From assembly GCF_006345805.1 (NCBI RefSeq), contig NC_043001.1, positions 12,710,001-12,774,000 of the forward strand: a stretch of 64,000 nt of DNA, in the 5' to 3' direction. The DNA is from Octopus sinensis (Eukaryota). Numbering within the stretch: position 1 is the first letter of the stretch; the number at the start of each line of letters is the position of its first letter. The translations under genes and the position numbers were made by a program. Under the pieces are notes generated by a model. It had not been told where the DNA came from. It did not search any database and worked only from the letters and a program-made list of their open reading frames with translations. Of this stretch, positions 12,791 through 24,603 are shown piece after piece.

Positions 12791-12997
12791 TGAAGATTAT
12801 GTAAATGATTACGTAAGCATTGACAACGAAATCTGGTTTGTGATTAATCTATATTTTGAATCATTTCACATTTATCTTGCTCGCTTACGTTCTGACGTTT
12901 GCCAAATTATGTTGAGGACATTCCATATCGGATCCTCTTCTAGCATAATGGATGTCCACTTACAGGTCATCTCTTTTATATGTGTGTAATATATATA

Positions 12998-13077
<80 letters not shown>

Positions 13078-13080
13078 ATA

Positions 13081-13387
13081 GGAGCACTCCTTCGGTTGCG
13101 ACGACGCAATGCGATCAACGGAACAGCGTGCTCGTCAAATTAACGTATAAGTGGCTGAGCACTTCACAGACACGTGTACCCTTAAAGTAGTTCCAGGGAT
13201 ATACAGCGTAACACAATGTAGGACAAGACTGTCCCCTTTCAAATACAGGTACTACTCATTTTTGCCAGTTGAGTGGACTGGAGCAATGTGAAATGAACTG
13301 TCTTGCTCAAGGACACAACGCGCCGCCGGGAATTCAACTCACGACCTTACAGTCACGAGTCGAATGCCCCTAACCAAGAAGCCACGC

Positions 13388-13390
<3 letters not shown>
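13081..13390 (-). mobile_element. tRNA-head CORE-type SINE sharing its 3' tail with the SINE at 45525
   Basis: Head ggcgcgtggc..tggttaggg, CORE-like gtgtccttgagcaagac, tail taagggtacacgtgtctgtg..gctcagccactta; flanked by (TA)n. Confidence 0.85.
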
Positions 13391-13434
<44 letters not shown>

Positions 13435-13510
13435 TCATATATTTGTTTTCTAGTGATTTACCTTGCATTTACTTCACATTGGTTTTGCCTTACCCACGAT
13501 CTTTTATACA

Positions 13511-13551
13511 ATATTTTCTACATAATGCTTCAGAATAATTATTCCATTGTA

Positions 13552-13647
<96 letters not shown>

Positions 13648-13696
13648 ATATGTATTACAATGGAATAATTATTCTGAAGCATTATGTAGAAAATAT
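13511..13696. repeat. Perfect 56-bp inverted repeat around a (TA)n spacer
   Basis: 13511-13566 is the reverse complement of 13641-13696. Confidence 0.95.
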
Positions 13697-13797
13697 ATAT
13701 ACATATACATACATATATATACATGTATATATTTACTTATATATATATGTATATATCCATGCGTGTGTATCTGCGGCTGAGTATGCGTACCTATCTC

Positions 13798-13828
<31 letters not shown>

Positions 13829-14469
13829 TCATATATTCATATACAACGGACACCTACCAACTTATACACGTGTTCATTTATTTATTTACATCACTGTAAC
13901 GTCTTAGCTATCTAACTTTCAATTAGTTGATGTTAACGCACTTCATTTAAGAACACAACCCACACAGAAAAGTAGACATTGCCCTAACCTATTTCACAAT
14001 TGTTGGCCTTCCGTCAGCGGAGATATCATCATTCTTATTCCTGTGAGAAGTTATAACAAACTCCCATTCTAATCGGTCTTTGAAAACGCCTTAGTATTTA
14101 TGGTTGCTCTAATTTCTTCACCGGTGCACCTTATGAATTATCACATAATCATGCACAGTACAGCGTGTTAAAGAAAAAGAAACATGACAAATTTAATTAA
14201 GTTACGCATAACTTTTTAAGAACTTCCTATGCGAAACATATTAATCCATTTTAACTCGTATATAGAAATCTAAATCCATTAATTACACAAAATTTATACT
14301 ATGCTTATAGTTAAAGAAAAAGCTATACTGTAATTAATGTTGCTTACAGTAATTGATACTGGGAAGATTTTGTTTAAAGTTAGAAACATGTTCAGAACAA
14401 GATACCTATTTACAAAAATGTTGGTCGTTTCGATTTCCTTCTATCCTCGGATTTGAATTATAAATCACC

Positions 14470-15050
14470 CGCTCGCCTCCGACTGGTAGTTCCCCAGGTG
14501 ATTGAGCTCTGGGCTTATGTCGAACACCTGATGTCGCATTCGAGAAGAGTACAACTGTCGAGCGAATATTTAATTAAGATAGTTCCGCCGACCTCCCTCA
14601 ATAGGGAGGAGCGAGCCTGTTTTCTCTGGGTAGTTGCTATGGCGAAAGAGGTAGTATGGAAGACGAGAGTGAAAGGAATTGCAGCAGGCATGTTTATCTC
14701 CAGTCTCGAGCTAATCGACTTTTTCGTTTTCCACATGTAACGGAAAATAAGGCCGGAGAAGAAATGCCTGTCGGAAATTGTGTTTCGTAAAAGATGGGAA
14801 TCTATAGCAAGTATGTTGCGAGGGAAAGAACCTGTTTAAACGAGAATATAAAAAGGAGAAAGCAAAGTCTTCAGTGTGAGTATGTGGTCTGTGGGGTCGA
14901 CCACGTCCTCCGATTCTTTTTTTGTAAATCACTCATTCTCATTTAATTGTATATATTTTAATTGTTTGTTTATTCATATGATTCGTCCCATTCGATACCC
15001 TGACCCCAACGTTTGTTTTGTCTGTCCTCGTATCGCCCCTCTTTTTCTCA
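14470..15050 (+). mobile_element. Tx1-type (L1 clade) LINE, ORF2 C-terminus and 3' UTR
   Basis: ELWAYVEHLMS..FLWVVAMAKEVVWKTRVKG..FFVFHM*RKIRPEK..FRKRW pattern. Confidence 0.7.
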
Positions 15051-15056
15051 AACTTA

Positions 15057-15448
15057 TCTATATATATAAAAATGAAGTTGTGTGTCTGTCTCCTACGATT
15101 TAGATTCCTAACTACTCCCACATTTTGCGGCGCAGTTTAACCAAAACCGGGTATCTTATAGTCGCGATTCATATCGAGCCCTTCTGGGTATTATCGCGCG
15201 TCTACGATGAGTCTACGATTTTAAAAATAATTTACCATAATGTTTTTCCATTTTAAAGCATATTTTTTAAATAAAGGGAAGTAACTCTCTAAAAATGTCT
15301 ACGATTAGTCAACGATTTAAAAAAAAATTTACCATCATTTTTTTTCCATTTTTAATGCATTTTTTGCTGTTTTTTGGCTATAACTCTCTAAAAATGCTTT
15401 ATAGTTATTTCCCTTACAAACCCGAGCAACGCCGGGCGATACTGCTAG
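15057..15448 (+). mobile_element. Non-autonomous Helitron
   Basis: A|TCTATATATAT 5' end, cccgagcaacgccggg hairpin, CTAG|T 3' end, inserted between A and T; internal tandem duplication. Confidence 0.88.
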
Positions 15449-16039
15449 TGGTTAATAAAGAAATTGACTGGTAGTTATAGAAATGTTTGGTTGCATCTTG
15501 TCCTTCTGTCACCAGGCCTTTCAGAATAAAAGATTTTGAAACGCGAACTATCGACGCTCTGACTATGCTCTAGACCTTCATTTCACTGCAGTAGCGGTAA
15601 AACGTATGTAGTTATGTTAAAAGTAAAGAATAGATTCCGGAAATCCGCCTGCTTCTCTTTTTTTTACTTATAATCTATTCAATGAACATTCTCAAAGTAA
15701 TCTTAACTATAATAACCACATTTTTAAAGAAGCTTCTTCCGAAATTCACATACTGTATATACAATAGTTTTTGTTCTATCTCTATTTTCGACAAACAGCC
15801 ATCAGTTATATATGTTACAACTATTTTACCTATTCTTGACAACTATTATTACAGACACACACGTTACTTAGCTATATTCAAAGAAAATATCGCTATCTCC
15901 ACACTTTTTTCGTTTCAATTTTTATTCAAAGTCCATGCCTATTTTCTCAAACATTTCCATTTTATATAATGGCCTTTTATATCAGTCTTGAGGCATATGT
16001 AACAAACTATTCGCAGGTTAAATGTTTGTATTATATATG

Positions 16040-16700
16040 TTTCTTTTTTCCATTCTGAAGAAACCATAGCAATGGCATTAGTATCATTAAGATAACACCA
16101 AGTGTTGGCATCCATTAGCGAAGGCTTTAAACTGGATACAACTTACGATGTTCGCGGACGTGATTTTTTTATATATAAACCCAACATCCGAAATTCTAAT
16201 ATCAATTGAAGACGCTATCTTCGAACAAGAATACTTTCAATTTCCACGTGAATTTTAACTGCTGATATAGTGAAACTACCCATCTTTCTAAAACGCTGAT
16301 CGATTGCAGGTTTCCTGTGATTTTATTCTGTGATTCTACAGCAGCAAAGATATTCATCGAATCATGAATCAGTTGATATATCTAAGAACACTAATTCAAC
16401 CTCCGCCATAAGTGGATAGTATTATATTTAATAAATAAATCGTTGGTAGCATCAGCAACACATCTTCCGAAGATAATCTATTCTTGTCGATCTCCGCTGA
16501 ACGAAAATCAGAAGAATTCCTATTTGAACATTTATAATATCAATACATCCATCATTGGCGCAGATATCAAAAAAGATTGATAGCTTTCGTCTAGTTTACA
16601 AAGTTATTCTTGCTGATACACGTCTCCAGCTGCTGATGTCAACGCAACATCATTGATCTTACGCTGAAGATAAGACGTATTTCTTTCCTAAAATTGGTTC
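16040..16700 (-). mobile_element. Highly degenerate hAT (Buster/Charlie-like) transposase relic
   Basis: LQRKINDVA, KLDES, ILLIFVQ and HVREHRKL fragments resemble RRI.DM, QLDES, LLVFVRY and HC.IHR..L. Confidence 0.45.
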
Positions 16701-17018
16701 TCATCGCATTTCTAATACCTTCTAAAGAAAATACTATCAGATTTCAGCATCTTATCATAATTGCAAGTTTAATAAATCTTGAGACCGTGCAAAGGAATCA
16801 AAATTTGTTCACTTCACTTACTTAAATAGCTGATTCTTTTGGGAATGGTGTCTTTTATAAAGAAAAAAATACTTCTCCTGTGATCAATATTTGCATAGTT
16901 TGTTGGGTTTCTTGGTGCTCTGGTGGATAGAGACATAAGCAGACAACCACATTGATCATCCTGGGCAGGGTTCAATCTCACCTAAGGCCTACATTAAGAG
17001 GTCTTACTAAAATTTTAA

Positions 17019-17420
17019 GGCGGCGAGTTGGCAGAATCGTTAGCACGCCGGGCGAAATGCTTAGCAGTATTTCGTCTGTCGCTACGTTCTGAGTTCAAAT
17101 TTCGCCGAGGTCGACTTTGCCTTTCATTCTTTCGGGGTCGATAAATATTAAGTACCAGTTACGCACTGGGGTCGATATAATCGTTTTAATCCGTTTGTCT
17201 GTCCTTGTCTGTCCTCTCTGTGTTTAGCCCCTTGTGGGTAGTAAAGAAATACGTATTCCGTGTGTCGTTACGTTCTGAGTTCCAATTCCTCCGGAGTCGA
17301 CGTTCCATTTCATCCTGTCGGGGTCGATAAATTAAGTACCCGTTGCATAGGTGGGTCGATCCAATAAACTGGACCCCTTCCCCAAAATTTCGGGCATTGT
17401 GCCTAGAAAGGAAAAGAATA
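17019..17420 (+). mobile_element. Nin/Deu-domain-like tRNA SINE, dimer (tail A unit then tail B unit)
   Basis: Head ggcggcgagttggcag, B-box gagttcaaat, core ctttcatNctttcggggtcgataa; second unit begins at gtatt(c)cgt near 17253. Confidence 0.9.
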
Positions 17421-17769
17421 CTTGCATATTTTCTTTCGTGTTCGTTTAACGACTCCCTTGGAAGTAACAGACAATGCCCCATTCTCAACACGTAACAGGT
17501 ACTTATTTGGCATTATCGGAATATTCAAAGTCCAAAACTCTAAGGCACAGTTCCAACACAGAATATAAAAAAACAATGTAACCATATACTAGAATGTACA
17601 TTTTAATTGCGAAATTCTAATTCTAATTTCGGTGAATCAAAATCATTAATTAAACTGGAAATTGTTTTAAATTTTTTTATGAAGCACGTTAATTATTACC
17701 AAACTTGTTGCATATTTTTTCTTTGTGGGTGCATCTGTGTAATAATGGGATTAATTGCAGCTATCTTTA

Positions 17770-17913
17770 TGTTCTGTGTTCAAATTACGCCGAGGTCGAT
17801 TTGCCTTTCATCCTTTCGGGTCGAGAAATTAAGTACGAGTCGCGTACTAGGGTCGATGTAATCGACTGGCCCCTCCCCCCAAATTTCGGGCCTTATGCCT
17901 AAAGTAGAAACGA
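17770..17913 (+). mobile_element. 5'-truncated Nin/Deu-domain-like SINE (tail B)
   Basis: Same core and cccctcccccaaatttcgggcc tail. Confidence 0.85.
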
Positions 17914-18000
17914 ATGGTATTAATTGTGCCGCTACGTTTCTAAGTTGAGTGGTCTTCAAATCTACTGCACACGTGTTTCGGCTATTTTTTGTGACATTTC

Positions 18001-18632
18001 GGATCTTTTCCTTTTGACCGACAGATTTTAAAAAATAATTTTTTGTAACTAAACACTTTCAAACTTCGGACACTGGTAGAATGTGTCATATAAAACATCT
18101 TTTACTCTTAGTATTTTTGAGAAAAGCTTATATTTAGTAAGTTATTTCACGTTAAAGTTGTAGTATTTCGGTAATCTCAACCAATCAATGACGTGTATTC
18201 AGCTGAATAAAATTACTGTTGCTGTTTGTCAACAAGAACTTCCGGTGGTGTATATTTCGGTCCCCACTATTATTTATGACAGACCTAACCCTAAAACACT
18301 AACTTTAACCCTAAAACATTAAAGCTAAAACCAGCACAAATGAACGAACGATGTCATAAATAACAGTGACAAATGAAATATACACCACCGATAGTTGTTG
18401 TTGACAAACAACGGCAGTAATTTTATTCAGCTGAATACACGTCATTGATTGGTTGAAATTACCGAAATACTACAACTTTAACGTGAAATAACTTCCTAAA
18501 TATAAGCTTTTCTCAAAAACGCTAACAGTAAAAGATGTTTTAAATGACACAATCTACCAGTGTCCGAAGTTTGAAAGTGTTTAGTTACAAAAAATAGTTT
18601 TTTTTAATCTGTCGGTCTAAATGTAAATATCC
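18001..18632. mobile_element. 632-bp MITE with about 280-bp inverted arms
   Basis: Arms 18001-~18280 and ~18353-18632; GGAT..ATCC ends; flanks ACATTTC/ACATTTT; TAACCCTAAAAC units in the spacer. Confidence 0.9.
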
Positions 18633-19170
18633 ACATTTTCTATACGTTTATAGTTTAGTGAAATATATTATGATTTTCTCATTGGATAATTGTTTCTGGC
18701 TAACGTTAATACATCGTATGCTTATTTTACGAATTGTTTGAAAGAAGGTTTATCCATTTACTTGCAAAATTGTGATGAAACAAATCTTGTTGTGTCTAGG
18801 GGCGATCGAAATGGCAAAACAATAAAAATAAACTTTAACACCTAGATTATCAAAATTACGGCCTCCTAGCTGCTGACGGCCGGTAATGGCATAATAAATA
18901 GTTTCTCTACAAACGGTGTTGAATTATTCTTTCGTTTAACGCTAAATAGATTTTATTATAACACAACATAAAAAAGAAATACGGTGCCCCAGCATGGCCA
19001 CAGCTCATAAGCTGAAACTAGAATCAATCAATCAATCAATCATATCACAGTAACCCTACGACCTTTTCTGGAAATATTACAAAACTCATTGATGTAGAAC
19101 AAAACCAGGTATATATACTAATATGTATGTGTGTGCGCGCATGTGTATGTGTAAATATATATATATATAT

Positions 19171-19671
19171 AACAATGATAAATATCAACGTGAGTTATAT
19201 ACAGTAGCGGTAACACATCGTGACGTATTTTTGCCATTTCAATATGGCTAACCCCTAAGGGTGGATGCTACTGTAGTTTTTAGCCCCAGGAGGACACACT
19301 CCTCCAGCTGGCCATAGACACACTTTCTGTGTCCTGTCAGTATTTGCAAAGGGAAGTCATCCTTCCCGTCTTCAACTTATGATACACACCGACTCGAGTT
19401 TCGAGGTATTGACCTCTCGTCAGCGTGTGACAATCATAGTTGTCGCCGAGAATTAGATTTCCTTCACAAATACTTATACTTTTTCCAGCGTCCACTGTCG
19501 CTGATATTGAAAAAGTGAAATCAAACAATGATAAATATCAATGTGAGTTATATACAGTAGCGTTAACACAACGTGACGTATTTTTGCCATTTCAATATTT
19601 CTAACCCCTAAGGGTGGATGCTACTGTAGAGTCCTCCTGGGGCTAAAAACTACAGTAGCATCCAGCCTTAG
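19171..19671 (-). mobile_element. Non-coding hammerhead-bearing element: 353-bp monomer, 106-bp direct repeat and 41-bp inverted end
   Basis: 19171-19276 repeats at 19524-19629; 19631-19671 is the reverse complement of 19255-19295; abuts (TA)n. Confidence 0.85.
19385..19429 (-). ncRNA. Minimal type-I hammerhead ribozyme, core intact
   Basis: CACAC G-CTGACGA-GAGGT CAAT ACCTC-GAAA-CTCGAG-TC-G GTGTG; palindromic stem III ACTCGAGT; GUC cleavage triplet; G.G mismatch at the base of stem I. Confidence 0.88.
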
Positions 19672-19829
19672 TGACGTATCCACTTCTTTTAAAAGTCCAT
19701 CGAGGATTATTTCCAAATTACAAATGTATAAATAGTTTTGATGTTTCGCTGAAGAACGTTAATCAGTTAGATTATATAGACTCTAGGATTAGATGTATTC
19801 AAAACGTATTGGCCCTCTGACTTTACATA

Positions 19830-20370
19830 TTGGGTTGTCCGGAAAGTTTGTGCCGATTTATAGTAGCTTATATTTCGACTTATTTTAGAACATGGTTGAA
19901 TCCATAAAAAAGGATTTTAATACACCTCCATTTAGAGCACAGTTTAAGCTATATTTCGTGTAAGTAGGTTTACGTTCCTATAACCTGTGTTAATTCTGTA
20001 ACCCTTTAAAATGGAAGAAAAAGTTCATTCTTGGCACTTGATGCTTTGAGAACCAGACAAAAATTGCTGCAGCTCAGCTGGGATGTGTTACCCTACCCTC
20101 CATATTCAACAGATATTGCTCCTTCGGATTTACACTTATTCAGGTCTTTGGTAGAAATTTCAATTCCTTAGATGACATAAAAAGATAACTTGATGAATTC
20201 TTTGCCTTGAAACCACCTTAATACTGGGAAGAGGGTATTTTCAAGTTAAAGGAAAGATGGAGACACATTGTGCAACATAATGGTTCATACTTGGTTGATT
20301 AAAAGTGTAATGGCAGGTAGTTATTGACCTATTTCTTTCCTTTAAAAATCGGCATGAACTTTCTGGACAA
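19830..20370 (+). mobile_element. Internally deleted mariner (DD34D) element
   Basis: TA + ttgggttgtccggaaag TIR; partial right TIR aaatcggcatgaactttctggacaa; YPPYSTDIAPSDLHLFRSL..ERWRHIVQHNGSY. Confidence 0.9.
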
Positions 20371-20481
20371 TTTTTAGCTGCGCACCCTTTAAGGTATTCT
20401 GAATCTTAGAAACAGATTTGGGTTTCAAGTTATCTGCCTGATATTCTTTAAATATCATATGCAAAAGTGTAGAATCTACCT

Positions 20482-20642
20482 ATTACATCGACCCCAGTGC
20501 GTAACTGGTACTTAATTTATCGACCCCGAAAGGATGAAAGGCAAAGTCTACCTCGGCGGAATTTGATCTCACAACGTAACGGCAGCCGAAATACCGCAAA
20601 GCATTTCGCCCGACGTGCTAACGATTCTGCCAGCTCACCGCC
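20482..20642 (-). mobile_element. Nin/Deu-domain-like SINE with 12-bp TSD
   Basis: TAGAATCTACCT at 20470-20481 and 20643-20654. Confidence 0.9.
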
Positions 20643-21947
20643 TAGAATCTACCTTGTTTGTTAAATATTGCAGGATTGTTTGTGTCGCAAAGTATTGCAT
20701 TTCCTCTTTCCCGGTTAATGACACCTGTGTAAGCGTCTGAAAATTTATAGAATCTAATTTAATCACGTATCTGTTGGGACTCATTCGGCATCTTAAATTT
20801 TATTAAAGTGGTTGAGATTTTTTCTGCTCCTTTATAAAATCGGATTAAATGAATTGTAAGCAGAGATTTCTTATTCTAACGTAAAGTGAACCACATGATA
20901 GGTATAGAAACATATCCATCAATAATTTAAGCGCATTTCTTGGAACAACTTTATATGGATGCTTAATAATGTATTCAAATGTGAAGTTGCGCCTACGTTC
21001 TTATTATTTTCTTTTCCGCAAATGTATTTCACTTAATAGATAGAAAGATGCAATTACTTAAAATAATATGTAATTCGCTGCATCTAGTCACTTAAAATAG
21101 AATATTATGTAAAATGTTACTTTTCAACCACCAAGAAATCGCAGGTGTGTGTGTGTATGTGTGTGAATATTGCATAACATTATTTATATGTATCTGCACG
21201 AGCATAAGACATGTCGTACATCAGCTTACTGGCGAAGGGTTTATAACTAATGCTAGTTTCCGATAAGTTAAGTAGAACGAAATACAATCAATTTTAGTAA
21301 AATATAATCGTTACTGACAGAGGAGTTGAATTTCAAATGCAAATACATCGAATCAAACTAATTGTACATAATATTATATATTACCTTCTTGCGTATGTAC
21401 TTCACTGCTTTACTCCCTAGAGATGCAAATTTTGAAAATGCTTCAAGTAGAACAATTGTAGTTCAATAGACTGTGCAGTTGTCTCTCATGTTCTGGGATT
21501 GCTTTAATGATATACCATCACACTTATTAGTGAAACATGCATACATACATTCAGAGACACATTTAGACACACACTTCCACATATGTTTGTCATTCACAAA
21601 AAAGAAAACCGACAATAATCATGAATGAATATGCAAAGCAGCTGATATAGGTGTTATAAATGTTGAAATATAATAGAGTAGCTATTCATATCTTCAATTT
21701 TGTATAATATATTACGTGTCAAGCGATGAATAAAAACAGAAGAAACGGATTACTTATATGATATACACACAAAATATTCTAAACATATTGTTAATGACAC
21801 CTGAATATGATTCATGTTTGATAGGTAATGTGTTGGAGGTGGAACATGTATACATATGAACACTCAGAATGTTTCCTTACAGAAAGATTCAAATAGCGTT
21901 CTTATAGAGATGTCTGGCACATTAAATACCCACCTAAATATACTCAA

Positions 21948-21986
<39 letters not shown>

Positions 21987-21991
21987 TGTAT

Positions 21992-22030
21992 GTAGGAGTG
22001 GCTGTGTGGTAAGTAGCTTGCTTACCAACC
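21992..22030 (+). mobile_element. OR2-like SINE head fragment
   Basis: gtaggagtggctgtgtggtaagtagcttgcttaccaacc. Confidence 0.75.
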
Positions 22031-22072
22031 GAAAATATTAGATTTATAAGCCCTAAAATGCACTCCATAAGT

Positions 22073-22313
22073 GCCCGCGGGCATATGGTGTAGTGGTTAA
22101 GAGTGCGGGCTACTAATCGCAAGATTGCGTGCAGTGACCTGCACAATAATAATAATAATAATAATAATAATGATAATAATAATAATAATAATAACAATAA
22201 TAATGATAATAACATAGAGAAAATACCTTAGGAGTGACAAGCCGAAACGTTGTTTAATAACAAACAAGATGAGGACAATGTAAATAATCATCAAATGTAA
22301 ATAATTTAAATAA
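22073..22313 (+). mobile_element. tRNA-headed SINE-like element with internal (AAT)n and a GAAACGTT half-motif
   Basis: A-box-like tggtgtagtggttaag, (AAT)n 22145-22212, gccgaaacgttgt at 22241, (aatgtaaataat)-like tail repeats. Confidence 0.5.
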
Positions 22314-23019
22314 TCTGATGGTGCTATACTGGTTTTTAATGTTGAAATTTCGACCAGTTTCCACCATATAAAGGAGGAAACAACGGATAAAAATAGCAGA
22401 CTGCATGGCAATTGCTGAAATCCCACTGGAAATGTCATCCAGTAAATTGTATCAGTTTTTATACTGTGTTGCTGTAAAAAGATACCGTTATTCATCGATT
22501 ATGCAAGCATATGTCGCCATCCGCTTCAAAATTAAGGAGAAATATATTGATCGTTTTTTTTCTTGCTTTGGTTTATAGGTGTCTGAGAAAATACATTGCA
22601 ACAGTTCATTCTCACTGTGTTCTTGTTAATCTTCAAATCTTTCTTCTATTCAATGCGGTGTGTTTATATATTTCTACATAGTGCCCTTCAGTTTGATAGA
22701 TAAGAGATCATTGTCAAACGCTACCACTTGTATAAATATCTACGCAAACACTTACAAGTTCTTTTATTTCCTCAGTGAATTGTCTCATATTGAACTATCC
22801 AAAAAGATAAAAGATGATTTGCACCAATTGACATACATAACCACTATCGCACCATTCGACCTGGGCAGGGCGAAACTAACAGTTGTAATATATTTGTCAT
22901 TTTCAAAAATTATCACAAGGAACTGATTCTTGTATATTTATTAGACATCAAACACATACACTCACACACACACACACACACACATAAATATGTATAAGCA
23001 CAAGATAAATATTTCAATT

Positions 23020-23089
23020 GACCTGAAGATTGACTGTAACCATAACTCGAATTATTACGAATTGTACAGCCATGAAACGATCGTAGTGT
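23020..23089 (+). ncRNA. Type-I hammerhead ribozyme with long stem II, core intact
   Basis: AC-CTGAAGA-T TGACTGTA..TACAGCCA T-GAAA-CGATCG-TA-GT; palindrome ACGATCGT; stem I eroded. Confidence 0.7.
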
Positions 23090-23365
23090 TTTACTCTTTA
23101 TCTTTTATTAAACTTTTAATACTTTTGATATATATTTAAAATAATATAAATTAATTATTTTTATGTATTTGCTTATGTTTTCATTGTTTGATTTGCCTAA
23201 TAGTGGTTTTATCTCTAAGTTAATATATATATATATAGGTTATGAGAGAAAATGGTGTTAAGAAGACCGAAAGGTGTCATATATCAGCATCAGTATATAT
23301 ATAAAAAATTAAGCGAATGAAATAATAATCCAAGGCTGTGAAAGATTTCACAACATTTATAAATG

Positions 23366-23413
23366 GTCTTACAGTTGTTTCCGGGGTATTCTATATATCC
23401 CTTCATCGGAGAC
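23366..23413 (-). ncRNA. Type-I hammerhead ribozyme, CCGAUGA core variant, inside a ~200-bp (TA)n-adjacent unit
   Basis: GTCT-CCGATGA-AGGG..CCCG-GAAA-CAACTG-TA-AGAC; homologous to 35287-35334. Confidence 0.72.
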
Positions 23414-23806
23414 TGTGTGAGAAGATATTTAAGTAATAGTTATTCTAGATAAGATATGAAACAGAGAATGAAGGGGGAGAATGAAAACAGACTTGAGTTA
23501 TGCAGGGATATTGTACCTTCAGTTCCATTATATAGGCAGAATGGTATACATATAAGATTCCTGTACCATGTGATTAAGGTCCAATAGTATTTAAAATTGG
23601 TCATTCGAAATTGAATGACCAATTATATATATGTAAGTATGTATGTGTGTACGCAACCACACCCTCATAGAGTCTTACATGCATGCACGTTGTAAAATAC
23701 ATATATATTTACACATTTATACGTATAAATATACGCATGTATGTACGAACATACATTTGCACTCCCGGATACACACGCAAACACACACGTATATATACAT
23801 ACGTAC

Positions 23807-23857
<51 letters not shown>

Positions 23858-23865
<8 letters not shown>

Positions 23866-24019
23866 CAACAATTGAGGGTAAAATTAATTAATTATTAATC
23901 AATTTCACCAAGTATTCAGTATGTAAAGGGACCATTATAGGCGAAGTCCTTTACATACTGAATACTTGGTGAAATTGATTAATAATTAATTAATTTTACC
24001 CTCAATTGTTGAAATTATA
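23858..24019. repeat. Perfect 72-bp inverted repeat with 18-bp spacer, abutting (TA)n
   Basis: 23858-23929 is the reverse complement of 23948-24019. Confidence 0.95.
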
Positions 24020-24565
24020 ATTCATCTTTCTCTGCTAAATACTGCGGTTTTCACCGTTAATACATGGTGTTTGTCAATTTTAACCCACGCTGGTGAAAGG
24101 GGAGAGCAGAAATTATTCGCTTGCATATTCGAATTTGATAGCACTTTTAGTTCGAGCAGAATTCTAGAGGTGATTAGAAGCCGAAAGGGTATGCTCCCGA
24201 CTTCAGTGTTCCCAAATCCGATTCAAGGAATCTGAGCTGAAGAAAGAAATGTCGAATTGACTAATCTAGAAACGTACGTTCTCAAATAACCTTTGCACTT
24301 GATTTTTTAATGTTTTTTCCCCCATACTTTTGTGGGTTGGTTTAGGCAAACACTATCTGAGAGAGATCTTCTTTAAGTATTAGAAATAGCTGAAGAAATT
24401 TCTTTAGCTGCTATTTCTAATGAGTTCAGTATGTGGCAAAGTAATTTATTTTACTAAGCCCTTATATATAATGTAATATTATATATATATATATATATGT
24501 ATGTATATATGCATATATTTATATATATATTTTATTTAAAAGCAGACGTTAAAATTTTAACACAA

Positions 24566-24603
24566 CTGTTCGACGAACGGGAACATGAAACTCCGAGGAA
24601 CAG
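24566..24603 (+). ncRNA. Degenerate type-I hammerhead ribozyme
   Basis: CTGT-TCGACGA-ACG GGAA CAT-GAAA-CTC C GAG-GA-ACAG; same family as 7196. Confidence 0.6.

Noticed and set aside
18284-18317. Interstitial telomere
   Set aside because: Only two degenerate TAACCC units inside a MITE spacer
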